Assembly: GCA_938083135.1 (NCBI GenBank)
Contig: CALLKY010000002.1
Location: forward strand, 16,097-80,096
Origin: an uncultured Alphaproteobacteria bacterium
Lineage (GTDB): Bacteria; Pseudomonadota; Alphaproteobacteria; Bin95
DNA: 64,000 nucleotides
Direction: 5' to 3'
Part shown: one piece after another, positions 38,810-47,559 of the stretch
Position numbering within the stretch: position 1 is the stretch's first letter
How the letters are laid out: every line of letters begins with the position of its first letter
Translations under genes and position numbers: made by a program
The notes under the pieces: generated by a model
Told to the model about the DNA's origin: nothing
The model's input: the letters and a program-made list of their open reading frames with translations, nothing else
Databases searched by the model: none

Positions 38810-39598
38810 TTAGAAACCGCCGAACTTACCGGGGCGCTTTTCCTTGAACGCCGCAATTGCCTCAGCATGGTCTGGCCCAGAACGGGCAATGGCGATGTGG
38901 GAACTGACAAGATCAAAGGCCGTATCCATGTCGGACTTAAGGCTCTGGTCTACGGTGCGCTTGATCAGGCGGATCGAAAGCGGGGGCATAGCGGCGATGC
39001 GCTTGGCGAGTTTGATGGTCTCCGCCAGGAGCTGATCATCGGGATATACATGATTGACAAGGCCAATCTCCAGCGCCGTCGCACCATCAATGAAGTCTGC
39101 CGTCCACAAAAGCTCCAATGCCCTTGCACGCCCAACAAGCCTTGGTAGGAAATACGCGCCGCCACCGCCGGGCAGGAGGCCAATCTTGGCATAAGTTTCC
39201 GCGAACTTTGCACTTTCGCCGGCAATGCGGATGTCGCAAGCCAACGCCAAGTCCATGCCGCCGCCGACTGCTGCACCGTTCACGGCGGCCAGTATTGGTT
39301 TTTCGAACCGTGCCAAGCGCTTTGGAAAGGCCTGAATTTCTTGCCAGATGCGGTCTTTGGTGATGTGTGGGCGGACGTCATGGCCTTCACCCATGCCGCC
39401 AATATCGCCACCGCTACAGAATCCGCGCCCGGTACCTGTTAGTACGACGACAGCAACGTCACCCCGTGTTTCGCAATCATCCAGCGCCGCGATTAGGCCT
39501 TTCAGCATGTCGCCTGTGAAAGCGTTTAGTTTCTCTGGCCGGTTCAGCGTGAGCGTTGCGACGCCATCTTGAACGTCAATCAGCACTTGATCAGTCAT
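38810..39598 (-). CDS. Enoyl-CoA hydratase/isomerase-family protein
   Basis: VATLTLNRPEKLNAF and GFCSGGDI oxyanion-hole motifs. Start at 39598 (MTDQVL). Confidence 0.85.
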   Translation of the reverse strand: MTDQVLIDVQDGVATLTLNRPEKLNAFTGDMLKGLIAALDDCETRGDVAVVVLTGTGRGFCSGGDIGGMGEGHDVRPHITKDRIWQEIQAFPKRLARFEKPILAAVNGAAVGGGMDLALACDIRIAGESAKFAETYAKIGLLPGGGGAYFLPRLVGRARALELLWTADFIDGATALEIGLVNHVYPDDQLLAETIKLAKRIAAMPPLSIRLIKRTVDQSLKSDMDTAFDLVSSHIAIARSGPDHAEAIAAFKEKRPGKFGGF

Positions 39599-40296
39599 GC
39601 CAGGTTCTCCCGCGCCCACACATCCTGGGCAGGCGTATTCTTCGGGTCGCGGGCGCGGAGCTGATAGTAGGCGAGATAGGGCGCGTAGCCGGTGTGGACG
39701 CGCCGCAGCTCCGTCACTGCATCGTCATGAAGATCAACGCGGAGATTAATGTCCTCAACGATGTCAGCACCCTGAATGATCAGCGCGGCGGAGCGTTCGG
39801 ACAGGTGCGCGCCATCGCCGCCCGCTTGGCCGCCTGAATCGCGCCCGGCTTCCAGCGCCAACATCAGCCGTTCATCCAACCGCTGGCCTTTGCTGGTCTC
39901 GAAGCCTTTCGCAATCGCTGCTACAACGTGCTCACCCGCAAGCACGTTGCCAAAGGCTGCATAACCGTCGCCCACGACGTGACCTGCAAAGGGGCGGCAA
40001 GTATCGCCAGTGTGCATGGCGACAGCACCATCCGCGCCCACTATGGCGACTTGGCGATAGCTGAATCCAGGATCGGATTCAGCCAATAAGCGCATCACAT
40101 TATCTGGCGACTTGCCATCTTTCAGTGCATCAAGGGCGATTGGCCCAAGCGTTGGATTGGCAAAGGCTTGGGTTGAGAGTGCCGCAAGGCCTCGCGCCAA
40201 GAAAGGGCAATATCCGCCGACGCCGAGCGAATATGTGGCGATGCCGACGCCTAGGGCGTTGGTTTCTGGGCAGCGGGCGACAATGGTATAGGTCAT
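39595..40296 (-). CDS. DUF1028-family (Ntn-hydrolase-like) protein
   Basis: MTYTIVARCPETNALGVGIATYSLGVGG N-terminus with Thr2 as nucleophile, characteristic of DUF1028. Confidence 0.7.
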   Translation of the reverse strand: MTYTIVARCPETNALGVGIATYSLGVGGYCPFLARGLAALSTQAFANPTLGPIALDALKDGKSPDNVMRLLAESDPGFSYRQVAIVGADGAVAMHTGDTCRPFAGHVVGDGYAAFGNVLAGEHVVAAIAKGFETSKGQRLDERLMLALEAGRDSGGQAGGDGAHLSERSAALIIQGADIVEDINLRVDLHDDAVTELRRVHTGYAPYLAYYQLRARDPKNTPAQDVWARENLA

Positions 40297-40344
40297 GGGG
40301 CGGCCATCCTTCTGTGCATCTATAGAAATGGTGGCCCGGTCTGG

Positions 40345-41061
40345 CTAGAAAAGCCAGCGCCAGATCAACGGGAGCATTGCTGCGGTCAAAAGACCGTTTA
40401 ATCCCATGGCGATGCCGCTAAAGGCACCCGCCGTCTCATCTATCTGAACGGCGCGGGCTGTCCCTATGCCATGGCTGGCCGCCCCCAACGCCAGGCCTTT
40501 CGCCCGACTGTCCCGGACGCATAGCAAGTGCAGCAATGCTGGGCCAAACATAGCGCCTGTGATGCCCGTTAGCAGGACCAGCATGGCTGTGAGGGACGGC
40601 AATCCGCCAATCTCCGCTGATACGCCCATGGCGATCGCCACGGTGACAGACTTCGGCGCAATGGATGCGACCACCGTGGGTCCAGCACCTAACGCCCAGG
40701 CAATGCCGATGGCTGCGAGAGCGCCCGTCGCAGAGCCCAGCGCAAGTGAAGAGAGGAGTGCGGGCAGGGAGCGCTTTACTTGCTCCAACTGATTATAGAG
40801 CGGGATTGCCAAAGCGACCGTTGCCGGGCCAAGCAGGAAATGGACGAATTTTGCGCCCTCAAAGAATGTGCCGTAGTCCGTATCCGTAATCAGCAGCACC
40901 GCGACGAGCATGGCGACGGCTAAGAGCACGGGGTTCAGCACGGCCAGTCCGCCTGACCGCTTATACGCCCAATCACCTATCTGATAGGCGATCAGCGTAA
41001 GCGTGAGATGCAGCAGCGGACTGGATGAGAGATAGACCCAGATTTCGGTAAAGTGGCTCAT
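40345..41061 (-). CDS. lrgB: LrgB-family membrane protein
   Basis: 238 aa polytopic membrane protein with LrgB/CidB-like profile. 4-nt overlap with lrgA. Confidence 0.8.
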   Translation of the reverse strand: MSHFTEIWVYLSSSPLLHLTLTLIAYQIGDWAYKRSGGLAVLNPVLLAVAMLVAVLLITDTDYGTFFEGAKFVHFLLGPATVALAIPLYNQLEQVKRSLPALLSSLALGSATGALAAIGIAWALGAGPTVVASIAPKSVTVAIAMGVSAEIGGLPSLTAMLVLLTGITGAMFGPALLHLLCVRDSRAKGLALGAASHGIGTARAVQIDETAGAFSGIAMGLNGLLTAAMLPLIWRWLF

Positions 41062-41417
41062 TCCTGGCCGCCTTTGCGCTTAGATAGGCGCATGGCCCAG
41101 GTCATGGCGAGGCCAGTGACGGCGATGGCGGCAAGGGTACTGACGAACAGGGCAACGCCGATAACAGCGCCCGAATCTGCCAGAACGGTCAAGTGCAATG
41201 TGACGCCGACGCCCGCTGGCACAAACATCAGCGATAGATGGCTCAGCAGGCCACGGCTAGTCTCGGCCAGAGCTTTAGGCGCACCGCCACGGATGATGAG
41301 TGCGATAAACAGCAGCGCCATGCCAACAACGGGGCCGGGCGCAGGCAGTTGAAGCCACGCGACCAGCGCTTCACCCGCCAGTTGGAACGCAAGGAGCGCT
41401 GTCAGCGCCCAAAGCAT
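41058..41417 (-). CDS. lrgA: CidA/LrgA-family membrane protein
   Basis: 119 aa with 4 TM segments, LrgA-like. Confidence 0.75.
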   Translation of the reverse strand: MLWALTALLAFQLAGEALVAWLQLPAPGPVVGMALLFIALIIRGGAPKALAETSRGLLSHLSLMFVPAGVGVTLHLTVLADSGAVIGVALFVSTLAAIAVTGLAMTWAMRLSKRKGGQE

Positions 41418-42829
41418 TAACCGGCGGCCTCAGCATTGCGGCGACGGGCGCGACGGGGGGCTGCGATCCAGATGGCGATAACGCTAATTACGCTCCAGCC
41501 GATGCACACAAGGAATGCTGTCTCGTAATTGCCGAAAATGTCGTGGAGCAGGCCAGTAAAATATGGCCCCGCACCGCCGCCAAGCGACGCTGCAACGCTC
41601 AGCACCCCAAAGATCGTAGAATAGTTCTTGCCTTGAAACAGGTCTGCCGGGGCAGAGGCGAATACGGCTGTGAGCCCGTAGCCCAGCAAGCCCTGCGCCG
41701 CGATCATCAGCCAGAATAGCGGTATACTAGGGGCTTCCCGCATTAGGATCAGGATGGCGTAGCAAGCAGCAAAGCCGAAGCAGCCGATGGTCCATGCGCC
41801 TTCGCGGCCAATTTTATCGGCCATCCATCCGCCGTTGATCTGGCCAGCAATGCCGAAGGTCGCAACGGCAGCCAGGCCCAGTGTCGCCATGTTGGCGTTG
41901 AACCCAATATCAATCAGATATTGTGTTTGATGCACCTGAACTGCGTACCAGGACCAAAGCATGCCAAATGCCGCGATAGCGATGAACCAGAAGGACGGCA
42001 TGGCCATCGCTTGCGCAAGCGTCGGTCCGCCCAAAGGTTTTGGCTGAGCACCAGCCGCTAGGGGGGCCGCCGTATCACCATCAGGAAGCAGGCCCATGTC
42101 TTCTGGGCGGCGGCGCTGTGCGATCAAGTTCAGCGGTGCCAATAGGCCGATCACAACAAGGGCAATTGCCCAGCACGCTTCGCGCCAGCCAAGGCTTTGA
42201 ATGACGCCGCCAAGTGGGATCAGCAGCAACGCGCCAACGCCGGCACCAGAAAACGCGAGCCCAACAGCCAGCCCACGCCGTCGCTGGAACCACATGGGCA
42301 AAGTTGCAGCATGGCCGATATACCCAAGGATTGTGGATGCGCCAACAACGAGTACGCCGAACGTGACGTAGAGCATCCAAGGGGCTGAGATATAGGTCGT
42401 GCCAACAAGCCCCAGCGCCATCATGAGCGAGCCAGTCGGCATGACGATGCGCGGCCCAAACTTGTTCAGCGACAGGCCAACCAGTGGGCCCATGCCTGCC
42501 GCGAATACGAAGCCCATGGAGAATGCGCCCGCGGTTTCGCCGCGTGACCAGCCGAATTCTGCCAGAATCTCTGGGTAGAGTAGCGAAAATGCCGTCCGCG
42601 CATTGACGCCGATTGCTAGGGTCGCAAAAGCGCAGGCGACAATGATCCAGCCATAGTAAAGCTTCTTCGGCGCAGCGCCTTCACCGATTGGCTCCGGGCT
42701 CATTTCGGGCGTGGTTTCAGTCGTGGTCACAGCAGAGCCCGCGCCGTCCGGCGTAGGGCGGCGGATCGGCTCAGGCCTTTGTCCGCCAGGGACCGAAGGC
42801 GCGTAACGGCGGACGGGCTTGTCGGTCAC
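41417..42829 (-). CDS. MFS transporter (oxalate/formate antiporter-like)
   Basis: 12 predicted TM segments. Has a 45-aa hydrophilic N-terminal extension. An alternative start at 42703 is possible. Confidence 0.8.
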   Translation of the reverse strand: MTDKPVRRYAPSVPGGQRPEPIRRPTPDGAGSAVTTTETTPEMSPEPIGEGAAPKKLYYGWIIVACAFATLAIGVNARTAFSLLYPEILAEFGWSRGETAGAFSMGFVFAAGMGPLVGLSLNKFGPRIVMPTGSLMMALGLVGTTYISAPWMLYVTFGVLVVGASTILGYIGHAATLPMWFQRRRGLAVGLAFSGAGVGALLLIPLGGVIQSLGWREACWAIALVVIGLLAPLNLIAQRRRPEDMGLLPDGDTAAPLAAGAQPKPLGGPTLAQAMAMPSFWFIAIAAFGMLWSWYAVQVHQTQYLIDIGFNANMATLGLAAVATFGIAGQINGGWMADKIGREGAWTIGCFGFAACYAILILMREAPSIPLFWLMIAAQGLLGYGLTAVFASAPADLFQGKNYSTIFGVLSVAASLGGGAGPYFTGLLHDIFGNYETAFLVCIGWSVISVIAIWIAAPRRARRRNAEAAG

Positions 42830-43140
42830 TTGATCGGCGAGAAGGGTGCCGGTGTCGTCAGGCTATTCTCTTGCGCCTGGACGAGGCCATCGGTTTTTGC
42901 CTGATATTCTGCCCAACCTGGATCCGCATCGCGGGCAGCGCGCTTCTGTTCCATATCGGCCAGGCTGTCGAATTCCCACATATGCGTGACGCGATTTAAC
43001 CGACCAACGCTATGGACGAAGTAACCAAGCAGTTTCAAGCCGTTGCGCTGCTGCACAGGCAGGCCATCTTCCTCAAAAATCTTGAGGTAGGTTTTCATTT
43101 TGCGGGGCTGAATGGTGTAGCAGCGAACGTCAACGATCAT
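42826..43140 (-). CDS. NIPSNAP-family protein
   Basis: 104 aa with MIVDVRCYTIQP-type N-terminus and dimeric alpha+beta barrel family features. Confidence 0.65.
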   Translation of the reverse strand: MIVDVRCYTIQPRKMKTYLKIFEEDGLPVQQRNGLKLLGYFVHSVGRLNRVTHMWEFDSLADMEQKRAARDADPGWAEYQAKTDGLVQAQENSLTTPAPFSPIK

Positions 43141-43143
43141 GGT

Positions 43144-43851
43144 TTAAGTTCCATCTGGATAGTAAAGGGCTTTGATGCGGGCAGCGTAATCACCCAAGGC
43201 TTTATTGTTTTGCGCGGCGTCGCGGAGTGGCGAGTCAAAGCTGTCGCCGTGAATATTTCCCACAAATGCGCCAACGCTGGCGTCAACCGCCGTCGGCGTA
43301 TCACCGTGCATGAAGGGTTTGTCGCCAAGCCAATCTGCGATTGCAGCAAGGTTCTGAATGCCAAACTGCATCTGCTCATCAAGGCTGTGGCGACCCATGC
43401 CGTGACCATGCATGTCGCGGATCATCTTTTTACGAATTTGCCCAGCGATGATGGGGCGGATGAGCTTCGGGATCGGCCCAAAGAAGATGTCTCGCAGCTG
43501 CGCCCAGTTATCATCAATCAGCCAGCGTGCGGCGACGATGGACCAATATAGATGTTCCTCCGCCAAGCGCTGAAACGCTAGAGAGACACCCTTTTGCTCG
43601 GCGGTTAACCCCGCATCGAAATCCGCGCCATGGGTTTGCTCTAGGTGGTGGCGGATGAATGTGGAGTCCGCAATCACCTGTCCGCCATCCACAATCAGCG
43701 GCATCTTGCCTTTCGGTGCCTTCCGTGGATCATCCACATAGACGATCTTGTGCGGCAGATCGGCCATGCGCAGCAGGATCGCAGCCTTAACGCCGAATGG
43801 CGTTCCGGTTGGCTGCCCGAAGGCGGCGCGGAACGTGTGGAGTTCGATCAT
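43144..43851 (-). CDS. Glutathione S-transferase-family protein
   Basis: Thioredoxin-like N-domain plus helical C-domain sequence. Confidence 0.75.
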   Translation of the reverse strand: MIELHTFRAAFGQPTGTPFGVKAAILLRMADLPHKIVYVDDPRKAPKGKMPLIVDGGQVIADSTFIRHHLEQTHGADFDAGLTAEQKGVSLAFQRLAEEHLYWSIVAARWLIDDNWAQLRDIFFGPIPKLIRPIIAGQIRKKMIRDMHGHGMGRHSLDEQMQFGIQNLAAIADWLGDKPFMHGDTPTAVDASVGAFVGNIHGDSFDSPLRDAAQNNKALGDYAARIKALYYPDGT

Positions 43852-43857
43852 GCGCTT

Positions 43858-45405
43858 CTATCCCCTGATGCCGTGAAGGTAAGGGCCTGCCTCCCGCAAA
43901 GGGGCAGCAGTATTGGCGAAGTCTACCAGCATTTTTCGGGTGTCGCCGGGATCAATAATCTCTTCAACCCAAAATGCCTCAGCAGAGCGGAATGGCGAGC
44001 GCAGTTTCTCAAGCCGTTCAATGATTTCGGCATGCTTGGCTGCCGGATCATCCGCCGCTTCGATGTCAGCGCTATACGCAGCCTCAATCCCGCCTTCAAG
44101 CGGCAAGGAACCCCAGCGGCCAGAGGGCCACGCATAGCGGAGATTGAATTGACCGCCATTTTGGTGTGCGGCCCCCGCAACGCCGAATACATTGCGCACC
44201 AGGATCGAGCACCACGGCGTCGTTGATTGCCAGATAGCAGCCATCGCACGGGCGCCTTCCTTGATGGTGCCGGATTTCTCGCTCTCCAGCCCGATCAGGA
44301 AGCCCGGGCAATCAACTAGGTAGATTACTGGCAGGTGGAATGTGTTCGCCATATCGACGAAGCGCTCGACCTTACGGCAGGCATCCGCGGTCCATCCACC
44401 GCCATAATGGCGTGGGTCACTGGCCATAACGGCGACTGGCCATCCATCAACGCGGGCGAGGCCGGTCATGATGGAGCGACCGTACATTTTGCCCATTTCA
44501 AAGAATGAGTCCGTATCAACAACGGATCGCACGATCTTTCGCATATCATAGACTTTGCGGATATCACGGGGGACGGCATCCATCAGTGTCGCATCTGTGC
44601 GTTCAGGATCGTCCGTCGGCTCTATGCGCTCCGGCAGTTCATGGACGTTCTGGGGCAGGTAGGACAAGAACTTGCGAGCGTGTTCGAAGGCTTCTTCTTC
44701 GGTATCCACAGCCTCATCAACCGCACCTGCGCGGAGTTGGATTTTCCAACCGCCAAGTTCCTGCTTGGTCAGGTCCTGCCCAAGGCGTTTGACCACGGGT
44801 GGCCCGGCAACGAACAGCGCTGAGGTTTCTTTCACCATGACAGAATAGTGTGCCGCCACCATATGTGCGGCACCCAGCCCAGCGACGGATCCGAGCCCCA
44901 GCGCCACCCTGGGCACTGTGCCCATATTGCGAACAACCCATTCCCAGCCCTTAACGCCTGGTACATTGGCCCGGCCCGTGGTCTCAATCGTCTTCACGGA
45001 CCCGCCGCCGCCAGAACCTTCGATGATGCGAATGAGGGGCAGGCGGAGCGTGTTCGCCATCTGCTCGCACATGATGTGCTTTTCTTTGATGGTCGCGTCT
45101 GCTGAGCCGCCACGCACAGTGAAATCATCGCCGCCGACAACGACCTGCCGCCCGTTCACCTTGCCGCGCCCGAACACGAAGTTCGACGCCATGAAGCTTT
45201 CAAGGTCATTCTTGCCGTCATACTGTGCCATGCCTGCGATTTTGCCGGTTTCATGGAACGTGCCGTCGTCCAGCATGGCATCAATGCGCGCGCGGATGGT
45301 CAGGCGACCACCATCTGTTTGGCGCTTGACCTTGTCTGCCCCGCCCATCTGCTCAGCAAAAGCCTCACGGCGGCGAAGTTCGTCCATTTCGGGTTGCCAG
45401 TTCAT
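43858..45405 (-). CDS. Acyl-CoA carboxylase carboxyltransferase subunit (propionyl-/methylcrotonyl-CoA carboxylase beta-like)
   Basis: 515 aa with two crotonase-like carboxyltransferase halves. No biotin carboxylase or BCCP gene in the window. Confidence 0.85.
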   Translation of the reverse strand: MNWQPEMDELRRREAFAEQMGGADKVKRQTDGGRLTIRARIDAMLDDGTFHETGKIAGMAQYDGKNDLESFMASNFVFGRGKVNGRQVVVGGDDFTVRGGSADATIKEKHIMCEQMANTLRLPLIRIIEGSGGGGSVKTIETTGRANVPGVKGWEWVVRNMGTVPRVALGLGSVAGLGAAHMVAAHYSVMVKETSALFVAGPPVVKRLGQDLTKQELGGWKIQLRAGAVDEAVDTEEEAFEHARKFLSYLPQNVHELPERIEPTDDPERTDATLMDAVPRDIRKVYDMRKIVRSVVDTDSFFEMGKMYGRSIMTGLARVDGWPVAVMASDPRHYGGGWTADACRKVERFVDMANTFHLPVIYLVDCPGFLIGLESEKSGTIKEGARAMAAIWQSTTPWCSILVRNVFGVAGAAHQNGGQFNLRYAWPSGRWGSLPLEGGIEAAYSADIEAADDPAAKHAEIIERLEKLRSPFRSAEAFWVEEIIDPGDTRKMLVDFANTAAPLREAGPYLHGIRG

Positions 45406-45507
45406 AGGCGCATTCTTCCTTGCAGGGGATCGGGTTTGGGGAGAATGTTAGCGGTGGCTGAAACACCGCGCCACCCCGCTATTCGTGCGCCTTGAGGAGC
45501 ATTTGCC

Positions 45508-45879
45508 ATGACAGGTTTCCAACCGCCCATCCCCATTCTTCGTAGCTTTGATGCGGAAATGGCGCGTGCGTTCTACATCGATTTTTTGGGTTTCAAAGTG
45601 CAATTCGAGCATCGCTTCGGTCCGGACGCGCCGCTTTACATGGGGATCGAACGCGACGGCTGCATCCTGCACCTCTCTGAGCATTTTGGTGATGGAACGC
45701 CGGGCACATTCGTTCGGATTGAGGTGCCAGATGTTCATGCCTATGCGAAGGCTTTGAATGTAAAGAACTACAGGAACGCCCAACCAGGAGTGCAATCCCA
45801 AGAATGGGGCTATGACGATATGAGTATTCGCGATCCTGCGGGGAACTATCTGATTTTCTGTACGTTGAGAGATGTATGA
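45508..45879 (+). CDS. VOC-family (glyoxalase/bleomycin-resistance) protein
   Basis: 123 aa beta-alpha-beta-beta-beta module sequence. Confidence 0.7.
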   Translation: MTGFQPPIPILRSFDAEMARAFYIDFLGFKVQFEHRFGPDAPLYMGIERDGCILHLSEHFGDGTPGTFVRIEVPDVHAYAKALNVKNYRNAQPGVQSQEWGYDDMSIRDPAGNYLIFCTLRDV

Positions 45880-45929
45880 TCACGAAATTGTTTGTGAATG
45901 GGCTTGAACTCTGAAGTGGGCTCATTAGA

Positions 45930-45944
45930 TTAGAATTATTCTAA
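45930..45944. promoter_or_regulatory. ICE-like (Irr-box-like) palindrome TTAGAA-TTA-TTCTAA upstream of catalase
   Basis: Perfect 6-bp half-sites with a 3-nt spacer, 17 nt upstream of the katA start. Close to the alphaproteobacterial Irr consensus TTTAGAA-N3-TTCTAAA. Confidence 0.4.
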
Positions 45945-45960
45945 TTCGCATTCAGCCAAG

Positions 45961-47418
45961 GTGCGCACTATGACCGACCGCCCGACCATGACCACATCAT
46001 CCGGAGCGCCAATCCCGGATAATCAGAACTCTGTCACGGCGGGGCCACGTGGGCCGATGCTGATGCAAGACTATCAGCTGATTGAAAAGCTGGCGCACCA
46101 GAACCGCGAACGCATTCCAGAGCGTGCCGTTCACGCCAAAGGCTGGGGCGCGCACGGGACGCTGAAGATCACGGGCGATATCTCCAAATACACGAATGCC
46201 AAAGTGCTGCAGCCAGATGCGGAAACGCCGATGCTGGCGCGCTTCTCCACCGTGGCAGGTGAGGCAGGTGCTGCTGACGCTGAACGCGATGTGCGCGGCT
46301 TCGCACTGAAATTCTATACGCCAGAAGGCAACTGGGACTTGGTAGGCAACAATACGCCCGTCTTCTTTGTGCGGGACCCGGTGAAGTTCCCGGATTTCAT
46401 TCACACACAAAAGCGCCACCCGCGCACCAACCTGCGTTCCGCCACCGCCATGTGGGATTTCTGGTCGCTCAGCCCGGAGAGCCTGCACCAGGTGACGATC
46501 CTGATGTCAGATCGGGGCATTCCCGTTAGCCCCATGCATATGAACGGCTATGGCAGCCACACGCTCTCACTCTGGAATGATGCCGGTGAGCGCTATTGGG
46601 TAAAGTTCCACTTCAAGACCGAGCAGGGCCACAAGCACTATACTAATGGCGAAACGGTAGACGTGATTGGCAATAGCCGTGAGACCTACCAGGAAGCGTT
46701 GTTTGGCAGCATTGAGGACGGCAAGTTCCCGCGCTGGAAGGTGCAAGTTCAGATCATGCCAGAAATGGATGCTGAGAAGACATCCTATAACCCGTTCGAT
46801 CTCACCAAAGTCTGGCCGCATGCAGACTACCCCTGCATCGATATCGGCGTGATGGAGCTGAACAGGAACCCGGACAACTACTTCGCGGAGATTGAGAACG
46901 CAGCTTTCTCGCCCTCAAACATCGTTCCGGGCATTGGCTTCTCACCGGATAAAATGCTGCAGGCGCGGATTTTCTCTTACGCGGATGCCCACCGCCATCG
47001 CCTTGGCACGCACTACGATACGATCCCAGTCAACCAGCCGAAATGCCCAGTGCACCACTATCACCGCGACGGGCAGATGAATGTGTTTGGCGGGATTAAA
47101 ACCGGCAATGCGGATGCCTATTACGAGCCAAATTCCTTCAACGGCCCTGTAGAGGCACCATCCGCCAAAGAACCACCTTTGCGGATTGATGGCGACGCTG
47201 ACCGCTATAACCACCGCGACGGCAATGATGATTTCGGCCAGGTAAAAGCGCTGTTCGACCTCTTCGACGACGCCCACCGCAACCGCCTCTACGCCAACAT
47301 CGCCGCCGCGATGCAAGGCGCTCCAGAGGAAATCATCAAACGCCAAATCGCGCTGTTTGCGAAGGTAGACCCTGCTTATGGGGCAGGCGTAGCGAAAGCT
47401 ACGGGCGTAAGCGCCTGA
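45961..47418 (+). CDS. katA: Monofunctional heme catalase (small-subunit, clade 3)
   Basis: Catalase hallmarks: [13 protein letters not shown] (distal His), [12 protein letters not shown], and proximal Tyr region [14 protein letters not shown]. Confidence 0.95.
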   Translation: MRTMTDRPTMTTSSGAPIPDNQNSVTAGPRGPMLMQDYQLIEKLAHQNRERIPERAVHAKGWGAHGTLKITGDISKYTNAKVLQPDAETPMLARFSTVAGEAGAADAERDVRGFALKFYTPEGNWDLVGNNTPVFFVRDPVKFPDFIHTQKRHPRTNLRSATAMWDFWSLSPESLHQVTILMSDRGIPVSPMHMNGYGSHTLSLWNDAGERYWVKFHFKTEQGHKHYTNGETVDVIGNSRETYQEALFGSIEDGKFPRWKVQVQIMPEMDAEKTSYNPFDLTKVWPHADYPCIDIGVMELNRNPDNYFAEIENAAFSPSNIVPGIGFSPDKMLQARIFSYADAHRHRLGTHYDTIPVNQPKCPVHHYHRDGQMNVFGGIKTGNADAYYEPNSFNGPVEAPSAKEPPLRIDGDADRYNHRDGNDDFGQVKALFDLFDDAHRNRLYANIAAAMQGAPEEIIKRQIALFAKVDPAYGAGVAKATGVSA

Positions 47419-47432
47419 TCCGACTGACTAAC

Positions 47433-47466
47433 CATCCGGTCTGCCATTCACGTGGCAGGCCGGATG
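47433..47466 (+). terminator. Hairpin downstream of katA (putative intrinsic terminator, no strong U-tract)
   Basis: CATCCGGTCTGCC-8 nt loop-GGCAGGCCGGATG, 13-bp stem with one G.U pair, 15 nt after the stop. Confidence 0.4.
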
Positions 47467-47559
47467 TGGCGGATTCGCGTATAACTATTTAAACTGACCT
47501 TAAGTTTCAAAGCCCCATAGTCCCCAATCAGATTAACAGGATTGGTGTGAGGCGGGACG

